A stretch of DNA of 64,000 nucleotides, from assembly GCF_000143415.4 (NCBI RefSeq), contig NW_003314428.1, positions 145,584 through 209,583 of the forward strand, read 5' to 3'. Below, piece by piece: positions 23,041 through 37,000 of the stretch (the first letter of the stretch is position 1; every line of letters starts with the position of its first letter). The notes beneath the pieces are model-generated. The model was not told the DNA's origin. It saw only the letters and a list, made by a program, of their open reading frames with translations, and did not search any database. The translations under genes were made by a program, and so were the position numbers. This DNA comes from Selaginella moellendorffii (Eukaryota; Plantae; Lycopodiophyta).

Positions 23041-24849
23041 TATTGTAAGAAAAATGAATTATAAATTTATTTGCCTCTCTCTTTAAGAGGATTGCTATAA
23101 AGTGAAACTCTGGTCCACGTGTCACCAACCTACATCATCTTCTTCACGTTCAAGTACAAACCTTAGCAATTCCAGCGGCAAGATGAGAGAGATTTCGAGA
23201 AAGAAGTATTTAGATGTCAATTCTCATATAAAAGACCACGTAAAACATTGTAACAGTGATTCTGGCGATATTAACACCACCTCATGTGAGATTAACACCG
23301 CTTCAGCTAGATTAACACGAGGGAAGGGCACTCTCCCTCAAGTGTTTTACCTAAAGGGAGGGATTGTGCCGCCCTCTCCAAACTCACTAAATTGGAATGA
23401 TTGGCAGAAGTTAAATCTGAATTGTCTAGATAGTGTAGAGTAGGCAAGACTTATATGGCTCTGTGATCAATCCCAAAATGAAGTGGCTATCAATCATGGG
23501 CGACTATGCAGCGATCACTATCCTCCTCCTGGGATCCTGGAGCCTGCTCCAACTTTTAATTATGGATTTCTTATGTTCCATCTCCAGGATGATGAATTTA
23601 GAATCTCTTGGAACTTTCTATGCAGGCATTTGCTTTCATTTCAAGTACAAGACTTGCAGAATAAAAGAAGCCAGCTTTGATTATCTACAAAACCTTGCTT
23701 TCTAAAGTTTACAGCTATAACTTTCAACTGGTTATTTTAAAATTAATATTAAAATGCTTACTCTTGATGCTAAAATGCTTGAAAATACAATGTACCCAAA
23801 ATATTTTATACTTCTCCAAGCGGAGCTGGGATCCCAGCTAGTACTATTTCAAAACCTTTTATGAGAAATAAAAAAAAAGAATAAAGCAATTTTTATAATT
23901 ATCAATTAAATTAACTCTCTCATTTGCAAAAATTGTATTGAGTCTATGCATGAAATGGAAGCCCACTTTACTCAAACTTTGGAAATTATTATTTAGAGGA
24001 TTCTCCACTACACTATATGAGAAAAAAGATTGTCCACTCACATTAGCAATTGTTAAGTATAGTGTAAAGTTTGTGTGTATTTAGAGAAAGAAGTGCTCCA
24101 CCAAGGAGAACAACAATGACTCAATTTACAAGAAAAGAGTATATTTGTTTGGAAAGAGTATGATTATTTTGGTTTACCCTTTATCAGAGAGATTAAAGTA
24201 GGTTCTGATTTACTGGGAATGTGGTTTAGCTTTCAAAGTTTCTACAGACAGGTGCTTATCCATTACATTTCATAAAAGAGCATTGGGAAACATTGAGTGA
24301 AAGTGAAGTCATTGCCCTTCACATGGTAACGGTTTGAAGTTTCTTCTCCTATAAGGAACTCTCAGCTTGTCCGAGTTTGATACTTACGTTAGCACTTGGG
24401 CTCCTAATGTTCCTAGAGGATTCTTATGCAACTAAATTCAACAGGTGCTAAAGATCATTTGGAGGAATGGCTGTATACCTTTAAGTCGGTGATAGACCTT
24501 GCAATGAGTGCCACAGTCTATGCTCTTATCACTTACACAGCATTCCTTACACGGCCTTGATCGTGTCTGTAGGAAAATCTGGGTTCCAGATCAACAGAAA
24601 AAAAAAACCTTGCTGCTAGAAAAAAAAAAAAAAAAACCAACCAGCAGCTGGTACTTCAGTTTGGTTCTTCCAGGCCTTCTTGAGGGAAATAATAGTTATT
24701 AGCTTCATTAATGCATTGTGTAAAGACGGGAAATAAAAACAATAATCGATGTTATTATTTGTCTGTTTTGTAGAAAATAGGGCAAGAAACTTACCTGGTT
24801 GGCTCTTTTGTGCTCATTTGTGTGAGTCTCAAAGAGTGAGTTTATAGGT

Positions 24850-24945
24850 CGCTGCACTTTTCTTCTGTCATGCCGCATCCATGGAGAGGAAAAATTTATG
24901 TGAAGATTCAGCAGCTAGACAGGCAAATGAAGGAAGCAGGTACCT
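24850..24945 (+). pseudogene. PPR E+ domain fragment
   Basis: Translates HP...KIYVKIQQLDRQMKEAG, matching the HP..IY..L..L...MK.AGY E+ motif. Confidence 0.55.
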
Positions 24946-25484
24946 CTAAGACACCAACGTGGAGGGCATTTTTCGGATAAACAAGAAACAAATGTGACAC
25001 ATCTAATGCCAGAGCTGTGAACCGAATCGTCTCAACCTTGAGGCGTGACTGAATCACCTGCGATATGTAGGAAAGACATTGGAAGGGCTTGTTAGCCAGG
25101 AGACTTTATCATATATACAATGATGGCTGGCTGATAATCCGGTCGGCAATAGGTTCAATGTACTTATTTTAGCCCTCCAAAACACTCGTGCAAGTTAAAG
25201 CAAGAACCCAAGTTTGCCATACGAAGATCACACCAAGCACTGAGCAGCAAAGATGTGGTCCACATTTGCTCAGATTCTCGATGAATTCCATAAGACAATG
25301 TGGGAATCATCAAGCTTGTATACGCTGACCATTTGCCTTTATATATAATCTACTTTTTACTTGATACCACGCTGACCATTTGCCTTTAATCTACTTTTTA
25401 CATTGAAGATCCACCAAAAACCATGTTGCTTGAGGTTCTTTCTCTCGTTGTCTCACATCTTGTACAAAAGCTTGCGTGATACAG

Positions 25485-25620
25485 TACCTGGCCAATGACA
25501 CGCACTTAGCAAAGATGTGAGCTCCACTTCGTTGTGCACAGGGGAGAAGATTCGGCAATGCTGGAGAAGGGATCGGATCAGTGCTTTATTCATTCTACCC
25601 ATTTTTCTGCCCAGCTTTTC
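25485..25620 (-). pseudogene. PPR E-domain fragment
   Basis: NEVELTSLLSAC, paralogous to DEVELTSLLRAC at ~26250-26290. Confidence 0.5.
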
Positions 25621-26091
25621 CTGCATTTTCAATCAAGTCGAGTGACTGATGAACTTGAAAAGCAAATGAAGATACCAGAAAGGCACCTTATGTAAAAGCC
25701 CAGCCTTCACTCAGCCTTTCACTCATCCGATTCCTGAAGGAGGTCCGTAGCAGCCACCTAAGCTCCCGTTGCAAACCTTTTCAAAATGAACCTGCACCCA
25801 AAGCCTGCTTTCTACTTCATTAATGGACTTTACCATCTCGAACTCATCAAAACTGTCACACAAGATTGAATGCACAAGTAGAAAATAACACAAGAACGAA
25901 GTTTAAGAAGCACTTCACAAGAGAAAATGTGTCAGTGAACAGATTATACATTCTCTAAGAGGTTGGCAGCTTCAATCAAGATGGCTGCAAGAAAGTAGAA
26001 TATCACAAAGACACGGCCATGCAAACTTTGGATATAGAAGTGTGCCTGGTTTGAGTTTGGGTGTATGGAACCCGAAAGCCATTTGAACCAG

Positions 26092-26720
26092 CTATATTTT
26101 CGCGTAGTTGCCTGGTGCCAAGAACAGCGTTGTCTCGACCTCCTGTACAAAAGCATTGGAGAGGAGTACATATGGCGATGATCGCGTGGGTGATACGCTC
26201 CCCAGATCCATGGCTGCCTGTGCGGTCTGGTCAGTGTCACAATGCAAACCACAAGCACGGAGCAGAGATGTGAGCTCCACTTCGTCTGGGACGAACAGAA
26301 TGCTCATTGCTAGATCGATCGCGTCGCCCAACCGGCCGATCCGTGCCAGGAGACCCATCATGCACGAAAAGTGTGATCCCTCAGCCCAAACACCGTGATC
26401 CATGAGCAGCGACTGGAAGTGGTGGCAGCTCTCATTGATCACAGAGGACGGTGAGGAGTGTCATGCCATCGGGATCCACTCCCGTTATCCACATTGAGCG
26501 CATTGTTGGAGTTGGATCCATTGTTGGAGTGGCCGGCAATCATTGTGTTCCAGAGCGTCATGTCTGGATTGGCGATGCCGGAGAAGAGAGCCTGCACTCA
26601 CTGGAGCTGCCCGGTCTTGGAATAGACGTTGAACATCACCGTGAGGGACAGCTGATCTGGCTGTGTGGTCGCGGACTGGGTCATGGAGTGGAAGAGATCT
26701 GCGGAGCTCGGATCCCAAGA
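26092..26720 (-). pseudogene. PLS/E-class pentatricopeptide repeat pseudogene
   Basis: HFSCMMGLLARIGRLGDAIDL...PDEVELTSLLRACGLH...SPYVLLSN. Upstream PPR motifs are broken by stops and frameshifts. Confidence 0.8.
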
Positions 26721-27224
26721 CACCAAAGAAGAAAAATTTTCTGTGGTCATTACCTTTGGGTCAAATGGCATAATGCCATAGACTTCCAATTCTCTGTTTA
26801 GCTCTTTCAAGTCTAGTATGCAAAACAAAAGAAAGAAACGGCTTTAGCAACATTTACCAACCAAAGAATTGACATGATGATCTGAGCAAATGCGAGGAAG
26901 TATCACTTCTTTCCCACCTCGGCTGGCACTTCCCTGATTTATAGAAAGTCTACTACAAAGATACTCAAAACTAAGAAACCTCACAAATGCTTATTATCTT
27001 AAATTGTAGTGAATAGCTGTCCACCAGTTTGCATTCGTGTTGTTTTGTGCCAAGTCTGTAACAAAGCAAAGATATATTAGAAATTGAGCAAGAAAGAAAC
27101 AACAAAGCTGTAGTCCAGTGCTAAAACTGCATTCAAAAGGTCACCATAACATATATGAACCTTCAGGTGAAACTTCTCTTAGCCACGAAAACATATATGT
27201 TTAAAGGTTTCCAAGTTAAATTTA

Positions 27225-28430
27225 CTTCACCTCTAAGTCCCAAAGTGGAGCTCAAGATGATGCATGAGGTAGTGGTCAAGGTGGAAATCCAACAAGAGTA
27301 ACAAGTTTGAACTAAAAGCTCTAACTCGGAAAGTCAAAAGCAAGAGTGGACCCACAAAGAAGTGCTCGAGGAGTGAGCACGAATCAATCAATAAGTGAGT
27401 CTTTAGAAAGGGATATGAGACAGACCAACACGTGGACTAAAACTTGGTCCAAGGACCGAGACCAAAACTAAAAAGACAGAGTATAAGTTCGAGTCCAAGT
27501 CTGAGGGTGAAAGCCCAAAGTGATCATCTCTCAGACCTTGGGGGGTTTGGTAAATCCCTATGGGATACTAGGGGAAGGACTCTAGTGGAACCAATTTGGC
27601 TAAGGAAGGGTAGTGTGAGCAAGGAAGGTTACACACATGTGTTGGGTGATGATATAAGCGTTAAAGAGTTCAAGGCTAGAATAAACATGAATGGACAAGT
27701 GAGGTGACTTGGTGAAGTGTTCAAGAACCAGCCCTAGCTCTCCTAGAAAATCAAATGGCCAATTCTCTCAATCCAAGTATAGGTGGCACTACCCACTTAG
27801 ATACCTTATATAGCTTATCAAAACCTTGCTCTAGCCATATAGTTAGGGCACCCTAGTGGCAGAAGATGAGGGGGAGTACCCACAAAAAGTGTGTTGGGCC
27901 ATGGTGTTTTAACATATTGTCCCGAACTCTCAGACCATGGAAAAGAAGACGAGCAGTCCTTTTGCTTAGGGACCAAGGGTTATGGTGAGGATGTCTCAAA
28001 GGTTAGTGGGACTTAGTGAAGGGGCCTTTGGGCCCTAGATCAATGGCAGTGTTGATAAGCACTGCCATGGATAGAGAGAGACTTGGTGAGAAAAAAAAAG
28101 GGATATTAGGGGATAATGTTCCCTATGTCTTAGGGCATCTTAAGATGTTTAAGTGTGGTCATAGGATGACCACTCATGGATAGATTTTCCAATCTCAAAA
28201 AGACAGGACCATGCTATCAGTGTTTTTGTTCTACCATTGAGATATTGAGAATGAACATGCCTTTAGTGTAAAAGGCTAGTATGTTGGTAGAGTACCTTTG
28301 GGTGTTTGAAGTGGGACCAAAAGCATAGAGCACTTAGACCATGTGTGAAGTCGGTGTGGTTGTGGAAGCTAGTAAGTACCCTAAGTCAAGATGAGGACTT
28401 AACGAGGTTGTGAGTGAAACTCCTCTGAGA
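27225..28430 (+). mobile_element. Degenerate LTR-A copy
   Basis: Colinear with 55180-56860, with many C>T changes and a short hexamer array. Confidence 0.8.
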
Positions 28431-29440
28431 ATGCTAACTGATACTTTAAGTACATACCTAAATCCTTGGGTTGTTCTAATATTTATTAAAAGTAACCCCA
28501 ACTACCATTTCAAGGGCATATATCTTCACCCATATTTGACATCCTATAGTTATCAACTCTAGTCTCATATTCATGAGCACTATCCTCAACTATATAAGGA
28601 TACTTTTATGACTCCTTTATTGTCTAGAAGTTCTTATCCTTCATGTGATCCCAACTATAGGTTTTTACCATAACCATATTAGCTAATTTGCTAAGTCAAA
28701 TGTTTATATAGATCACATCCTCAACTCTCTAAGAAAAACCTTCTACTATTCTCGAGATCCTAAAGTCGTTCTCTTATTGGCCCCTTTGTATCCACCACAT
28801 TCCCTACAAGTTCACATATGAACTAAAGTGGAGAGCTACACCCCATGACATGCTATTCTTTAAATGTAGCCCCACTCTTGGGACATTCAAATATCAACAC
28901 CAAATGGTGATATACTTAATGGCTAATATGATTCAGACTAAAGAATAGTTTTGATACAATGTTGTAAGAGATTAAATTTTCCATTCTACTTTAGTCACTT
29001 AACCACACTTTTGACCACTTGAGAATATGAATACAAGAAGTTATATTCAAGTATAGTAGCACCTCAAAAGAATTTATGAGGCTAATGTAAGTGACCAAAT
29101 TTTTCATTCTACCTTAGTCACTTAACCACATCTTCAACCACTTGGAAGAGTCTCATTCATAACCTTTATAAGACCTATTCTCAACTTGGTCCAAGTGCTG
29201 TGATCCTATGATAGACACCCAAAGGTGCCATTGACTTATCAGCCCATTACACTAAGGTTATGTCCATTCAACTTTGTTTCATTGGTAGTCCAAAACCACC
29301 TGTACTACAGTCCCACCTTTCAAAGATTGGGCCATTTATCCATGAATGGTCATTCCAAGACCACATCTTAACATCCTTAAGATGTTCGAAGACATGGGGA
29401 ACACCCTTCCCCAATGTCTCTTCTTCAGTCCCCACCAAGT

Positions 29441-30022
29441 TGTAAGCAACCAAAGGGAACGACTCGAGAGATGATCCTTGGGGTTCAAATATAGAGGGAA
29501 AGGGCCCATGAACAAGAGTGCACCCCCTTTTCCAATCGGTTAAGGGTCTTGGGATATTTGAGGTTAAGCGTCCTTGGGTGTGAATAGTACTGGGCTGGGT
29601 GACCTCCCGGGAAGTCCAAACTCATGAGCTTACATTTGGTATCGGAGCGGTCTCGGGTCCGACTCTGTTGGTTGGCTAGCACATGTTGATTGACATCTGG
29701 CTGGTCCAGTTTGCTCCCGCTGGGCTCGACCCAAGGGGTAGGGTGTCAAGAGAGCGAGGCTCTCGGGAGAGCTGCGGCTCTCAGCTTCTGTTCACGAGGG
29801 CATGAACTTGCAGGGAAGCGTGGTGGATTGTAAGCAACCAAAGGGAACGACTCGAGAGATGATCATTGGGGTTCAAATATAGAGGGAAAGGGCCCATGAA
29901 CAAGAGTGCACCCCCTTTTCCAATCGGTTAAGGGTCTTGGGATATTTGAGGTTAAGCGTCCTTGGGTGTGAATAGTACTAGGCTGGGTGACCTCCCGGGA
30001 AGTCCAAACTCAGGAGCTTACA
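29441..30022 (+). mobile_element. Cassandra TRIM #1, intact (582 bp)
   Basis: 194-bp LTRs 29441-29634 and 29829-30022 (TGTAAG...CTTACA); PBS TGGTATCGGAGC; PPT GGGAAGCGTGGTGGAT; TSD CAAGT on both sides; 5S-like core in each LTR. Confidence 0.95.
29562..29617 (+). promoter_or_regulatory. 5S rRNA-derived Pol III internal promoter (A-box/IE/C-box) in Cassandra LTR
   Basis: GGTTAAGCGTCCTTGGGTGTGAATAGTACTGGGCTGGGTGACCTCCCGGGAAGTCC versus plant 5S AGTTAAGCGTGCTTGGGCGAGAGTAGTACTAGGATGGGTGACCTCCTGGGAAGTCC; repeated in the other Cassandra LTRs. Confidence 0.9.
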
Positions 30023-32651
30023 CAAGTCTCTCTCCAATCATGGCCATGCTCACCAACACTACTATTGGGTTAGGGTTTAAAGGCCCGACCACTAAGTCTT
30101 ATTGTCCTTTAGGACTTCTTCACTATGTGACCATATCCTTGGTCACTACGTAAGAGGACTATTCCTTTTCCTTTCTAGAGTTTAGAGCTTTGGGATGACA
30201 TTTTCAAAATTCCGTGGCTCTATGTGAGCCTCGTAATAACTCTCCTCACCTTCTGCCCTTAGGTGCCCTAGCTATGTGGCTAGAGCAAGGTTTGGAAGAG
30301 CCACCCTAGGTATCCAAGTAGGTAATGCCACCCACACTTGGATTAGGAGTATTGACTATTTGATCTTCTGGGGGAGCTAAAGCCACCTCTTGAACACTTT
30401 ACACCAAGTTACCCCATTTGTCTGTCCATATTCACTCTAGCTTTGGACTCCTTAGTGGTTATATTATCACTTGTGGGTATAGCCTTCCTTGGTCACACTA
30501 ATTTTTCCTAGCTAAATTGGTTCCACTCAAGAAATGAGCATGAAGTAATCGATGAATGAGTCTCTAGAAAGGGACACAAGAAGGATTGACACATGGCAAG
30601 TGTTGTGACATATGGAAGTGTTAGGACCTAGTCCAAGATGGAGTTCAATAAGGAGTTTGAGATGGAGTTTGAGTTGGAGTATGAGAAGGAGTCTGAAATA
30701 GAGTTTGAGATTAGAGAGGTATATGCATTTTGCATCGTGATTTTCGCACAAAGGCATTTCCTGAGTCAGGAATTGAGATCAAGATTTCTCCCGGTCTAAA
30801 TTCTTGACTTGGATGACTGGGCATGTAGTGGTTATATAGGCTGGTGATAGCACGCCAGACCTATCCCTTTTCTATCTTTTTATATCCTTGGCCATAATAA
30901 CATACACTCCACTTGCTCAATATCTACTCTTCTCTTCCATGCCTATCTTACTCACTGCCTTCTGGGGATCAAGGCTGTGAGATGTGCATCAATCTCAGCA
31001 TCAACATCTTTGCAACAGCACATGGCTAAGTATTTCTTTCCTTTTTATGTTTGGATCTAGTTTAGATTAGAGAGGATTCACAAGATCATTGTAGAGGTGA
31101 TTTTGTAGTTTTCCACTTTGGCGACCACGGTGGGATAGGCGAAGTGAAGAGCACCCAAAGAACAAATACTGGAAGCCTTAGCCACAACTAAAAGAACAAG
31201 CCGAAGTCAAGAATCAAGGGAAAAGTCAAAAAGAAACAAAAAGAAGAAAATCGACAAAAATCTACAGCAAGAAGCATGGCAAACATGCTAGAGACCAAGC
31301 GCTTGAAGACTATGATCATCTAGTGATCGCCCACTTCTCAGAAAGTCCAAGCATCTTCCATAACCGCCTCTTGGCGAGAGGTTGATGACAAAGAATATTC
31401 TGCATAACAGAATATTTGAAGAATCTCCGACAAGAAATCAGAGCAAGCAAATGTTAACGAGCATGAAAACATAAAGAACCCTTGAAGATTAAAGCCACCC
31501 AAGTCGCAGAAAACTTGGGGTGTGAGCGTAATCGCTTTTAGTGAGAGGTTGAAGAAAACGAATATATCAAGAATCTGCGACAAAGAAACGACTAAAGAAA
31601 AATTCTAGCAGCTGGCGATGGAGGAAGAATGAAAAAGCACGACTACCCATTTGGAGATACAAGCTGTACAAGATACAAGGATTGTCTTTTGTGTGGTTTC
31701 AGAAATTGTGCAAAACCATACAAGCAATGCTATCCAAAATGGCAATGCAATACTTGCAAGCAAGCGAAAGAAAGACTCTGAATCAGGGATGAAAGTGCTA
31801 CAGTAGAAGAGAGAAAGAAACGGGAAGCAATAGCCAAAGAAGATGACACTAAAAAGAGTAACGATAGTTTAGAAAAAGAAGAGAAACAAAGCTTTGGTTG
31901 CTTTCAAAAACTTCAAGAAACACTTTTGAGACTCTCTTACAAATTGTCTAGCAAATAGGAAGAATGCGAAAATGAGGAAATGTTGAAAGAAAAACATGTT
32001 TACTTCGATTTCTTTGCAACTCGAAGAACCCTGACTTGGGTGTATCGTGGACACATCTTTCAACAGACAATTATCGAATTCCTAGGCATACATAAACATG
32101 AAACTTTTCAACCATTAATGTTTGTTTTCAACACTGATTTGACGAGAGTTATAGCAGGAACAGAGTGTGGAACCATTAAACCACAAGTTCATTGGTTTGT
32201 TGACACACTTAGATTTAGGGATTTTGAAGAAAATGCAAAATTACTTTATCAACTTCTTTAAAGTCCTCTAGGTGTAACTCTACCAACAAGCACCCTTAAC
32301 GAACTATACACTATAGCATATTGGCATCGTTTAGGATGGACAAGAATAGCTGGAGAATTAAGGAATCAAGAACAAGTCAATCAACAAATTCGAATTGAGA
32401 ATTTGAGTTCAAGAAACCGACGGGAACCTCAACAACAATAAATTTTAGAAACGATTTTAAACAAGTACGACAAAGAGGATAAACAAATTCAAGTTGCCGA
32501 GTCGAGCAACCCAGTTAAAGATAACAAAGAACTGAATATCAAAGACACCCCAGAGTTTGAGACATTTGAAGAAGCAGAATACACAGCACCAGATTACTCA
32601 AATCCAGACTCGCCAGAACAACAACTCAACCAACAAAGTCTACAACCGCCT

Positions 32652-33789
32652 ATGGCAATCATTAATCCGATGAGTACAATTGGAAGCATGGTTACATATC
32701 CAATTTTCACAGGAAGTAAGACAGAAGATTCAGAATTACATGTAAAACAATTCAACCAGATTGTCAAAATGAACAATCAAGAACAGCATCAAGACATACT
32801 TTTCCCATACACACTTAAAGGAAAAGCTCTTGAGTGGTATAATACTCTAGAGGATTTTGTACCACATGATGAGAAACTTGAACAATTCAAGGAACAATTA
32901 CCAGCTGGAGGAACACCAGAGGAGCATTATGAGCACATTAAGAATATAAAACAGCAACCAAGGGAAGGAATTCAAGACTATACTAGACGATTCAAATTAC
33001 ATGCAAAGAAATGTAAAGATCTCATTACTGACAAAGGCAAGAGTTTGTCTTATATACAAGGATTACGAGAAGCCTATCGCAACATGATTGCATTGGCTGA
33101 TACACCAGATGAAGAAAGTGTTGATGCACTATCTCAAGGAATCTTAAAACTAAAACGAAGGACATTCTGTTTCAGACTGTAAATTCCAATTACCCAAATG
33201 TCAAATTTGTGATAGAGAAGGACATATAGCCAAGAATTGTCGATATAGGAATATCACCGAAGTTTCAAAAGTAGAAAATGTTCAACGAGGAACACCACGA
33301 CAAAATTATCAAGGAAACAACAATCAAGAACAGAGACCACCAAGAAACTATTATTATCAAGATAATCAACAATATAATCAAGGATATAATCGTGGATATA
33401 ATCCCCCACAAAATCAAGACTATAATCAAGGACAAAATGATTATAGAAGCAATTACAACCAACAACGATACAATGGACACCAAAACAATTATCAACGTCC
33501 ACAATGGAACAACTACAACCAAAGCCAACAAAGGCAATATAACAATTACAACAATCAAGCCTTGCAACAGCATTATCAACCAAGACAAAATCGACCGCAA
33601 GAAAATCAAATTCGACAACAATACAATGCACAAAACCAAAGAGTCAATCAACCTCCTGCTGGAAGACCACCAGCAGCACGAGTAGTTCAACCAGAAGTTG
33701 AAGAACAACTAATGACTGAAGAACTAGAAGTTTTGGCAATCACTAGAACACAATATGAATGTCAACAACCTGATAATTATGAAGAATAA
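32652..33789 (+). pseudogene. gag (frameshifted)
   Basis: YPIFTGSKTED...FPYTLKGKALEWY...IKQQPREGIQDYTRRF; zinc knuckle CQICDREGHIAKNC at ~33198-33240; N/Q-rich tail. Confidence 0.85.
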
Positions 33790-34035
33790 GATGAAAGTGA
33801 TGACGCGATAGAAATCGAGAATACCGAGTGGAAAAAGAGTAAGAAAATACTTAACACCATTCAACAAGAGCTTCGAAACAAAGATCCCGAAATTATTAAT
33901 GATCAAATATACAATCAAGACGACCAAACTCAAGTATTAAGCTTTACTCAAGATGAGCATACAACCATTGTTGAGCACATACTACAGCAGGGAATTACTT
34001 TAACCCTACAGCAAATACTGCAAATAGCACCATAT

Positions 34036-37000
34036 ATGAAAGACCAAATCTTGAAGATCTGTAATCGAAGGATCCCTGAAGCTTGCACACAAGAAAAACA
34101 CCAATCTCAACCAACACAACAAGAACAAGCTGAAAGAATCCAACCTGGTGATTATGATGATAATGTACCTTGTATCAACGTACACATCGGCAAAAATCAT
34201 ATTGAAAGAGTTATCCTTGATGGAGGTTCTGGGGTTAATATCATCGAATATGCACTATGCAAAGCTTTAGGATTGGGCAATATACAAGCTACACCATTCA
34301 ATGTACGCATGGCTGATCAAAGAGTTGTCAGACCAGCAGGCATCATTCGTGATGTCTCTATGACAGTCAAAGGACATAAATTTAAAGTTAACTTTGTTGT
34401 GTTAAAAATGCCAATTGAAGAATCTTCTTACGAAATCTTGTTAGGCAGACCTTGGCTTAACAAAGCTGTTTCTGCACAGTATTGGATGGAACATGAGATA
34501 TGTATCCAATCCCAACAAGGACAAACTAAAATATCAACATTGACAAGCAAGAAAATCTCAAGAAGTTTCCGACCAACACAAGTTCAAGAATACAATTGGC
34601 AAGAAGGCTTAGACAATCTTGAAGAAGCTAAATTATTTGAAGCATATCTTGAACTTAAGGCAATTCAAGAAATTGACCTCAACAGGATACTCCCTATAAC
34701 CAAGTGTCAAGACTATGAAGATTCAAAACAACCTCATTTAAAGAAGAAACATACAACAAAAACTACCGTACAAAAAGCAAGACCAGCGATACAACCCGAA
34801 AAACTACAAACTACAGAATATCACCTAGATATACAAGACAAATCCGCACTCACCACTGAAAATCAAGAATTCAAACTTTGCGTAAATATCAATGACGATA
34901 TTGAAGAATTAAATCTAGGGGTTCCCTCAAACCCACAAAACATCTTAATAGCTACACAACTCGACAAACCATTTAAACTTGAGGCTATTACACTCCTTAC
35001 TAAGTATAAAGATGTCTTTGCGTGGTCATATAAAGACCTCAAGGGTATACCACCTGAATTATGTACACATCAAATCGAATTACTTCCAGGAGTTCGACCC
35101 ATTAAACAAACTGCTTATCGGATGAATCCAACATTTGCTGAGAAAGTAAAAGCTGAAATTAACAAGCTCCTTGAAGTAGGATTCATATATCCAATACAAA
35201 ATGCCCAATGGCTATCACCTTTAGTCATTGTACCCAAGAAAAATGGGAAATTACGTATCTATGTAAACTACAAGAAGTTAAATGATGCCACAACGAAAGA
35301 TGCCTTTCCCATCCCATTTTCAAATGAAATACTTGATGCCGTTGCCGGACATGAGATGTACTCATTTCTTGACGGTTTTTCAGGCTACAATCAAGTACAT
35401 CTAGCTGTCAAGGATCAACATAAAACAGCTTTCATAAGTCCATGGGGAGCATACACATACATGCGAATGCCATTTGGATTAACCAATGCCCCATTTACAT
35501 TTCAACGGATCATTACCGATACCTTCCAAGATTATCTCACAGATTTCATGCGAGTCTTTATGGATGACTTTAGTGTCTTTAGACCTAAAGACAAACACCT
35601 TGAATACCTCGAGAAATGTTTTATCAAATGCAGACAAAACCAAGTTGCTCTGAATCCTGAAAAATGCACTTTCTTTGTTAAATCAGGCATACTATTTGGC
35701 CACATTGTTTCCACTCAAGGCATTCAAATCGATAAAGCTAAAACAGACGTCATTATGAAAATGCAACCACCTTATGATCTTAAAAGCTTGCGTAGTTTTC
35801 TGGGCAAGATGGGTTACCATAGAAGATTTATCAAGGACTATGCCCAAGTCGCTACACCATTAACTAAGTTACTTAAGAAAGACAAATTCTATCACTGGAC
35901 TCAAGAATGTCAGCAAGCATTCTTGATACTTAAAGAAAAACTTACACAGGCACCAATTCTAGTCCAACCAAACTGGACTCAAGAATTTCTTGTACAAGTT
36001 GATGCTTCTGACTATGCGCTAGGAGCAATTCTGTGCCAAAGAAAAGATGATCATCGTGATCACCCAATATATTATGCAAGTCGACGACTTTCTCCACCTG
36101 AAATGAATTATACAACCACAGAAAAAGAAGCCTTAGGCATGATATATGCCTTGACCAAATTCCGACATTATTTACTTTCCAACAAAGTCAAAATATTCGT
36201 TGATCATCAAGCATTGATTCATCTACTCAACAAACCCATCCTTAGCGGATGAATAGCAAGATGGTTTTTGTTATTACAAGAATTCAATTTTGAAATAGTT
36301 CACAAACCAGGCAAATACCATGAACAAACTGATCATCTCAGTAGAATTACAACTGGAGAAAATATACAAGACCCCAATGATTACCTGATTCACATCTTTT
36401 TAAGATTACCACCCACGATACACTTCAAGAAATCTTTAATTATTTAACAACTACAACAGTTCCCACATCATGTACCACGCAAGATCAAAGGAAACAATTT
36501 GTCTTGAGGACATGATGATACTCAGTCGTCGGAGGAAGACTCTATAGAATTGGACATGATAATATATTAAGAAGATGTGTACGTTCACAAGAAGAGATAC
36601 ACACGTTACTAGAAGAAGCCTATGCAGGTTGCTCTGGAGGGCATTTTGCAGAAGAAATTACAGCAAGGAAAATATTGCAAGCAGGCCTATGGTGGCCTAT
36701 ATTATGGAAAGACACTTCATAGTTTTGTCAAACTTGTGATATTTGTCAGCGTACACAATTTCCACCCAAGAAACAAACACAAGAACTGAATCCGACTATA
36801 GCAATGGAACCTTTCCAAAGATGGGGCCTAGATTTTGTAGGACCCATACAAAAGAGCAGAAATGGAAATCAATATATTTTGGTAGCAACAGATTATATGA
36901 CAAAATGGGCAGAAGCCCAACCACTCAAGAAAGCGACAGCAAAGAATACAGCAAAGTTTCTTTATGAAATGATTATCACAAGATATGGACTACCTCGAGA

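Larger units (their letters stand above)
28430..30527 (-). mobile_element. Degenerate LARD internal piece + LTR-A (minus), hosting Cassandra #1
   Basis: Reverse-complement match to ~56010-57460; LTR ends (TGTAAG...) at ~28962 and ~29086. Confidence 0.75.

Noticed and set aside
29562-29617. 5S rRNA gene
   Set aside because: Only the internal promoter part is present, inside TSD-flanked LTRs with PBS and PPT; it is a Cassandra component.
33254-33708. Hydrophobic or Ile-rich ORFs suggesting a membrane/env protein
   Set aside because: Alternative-frame and antisense readings of the N/Q-rich gag tail.
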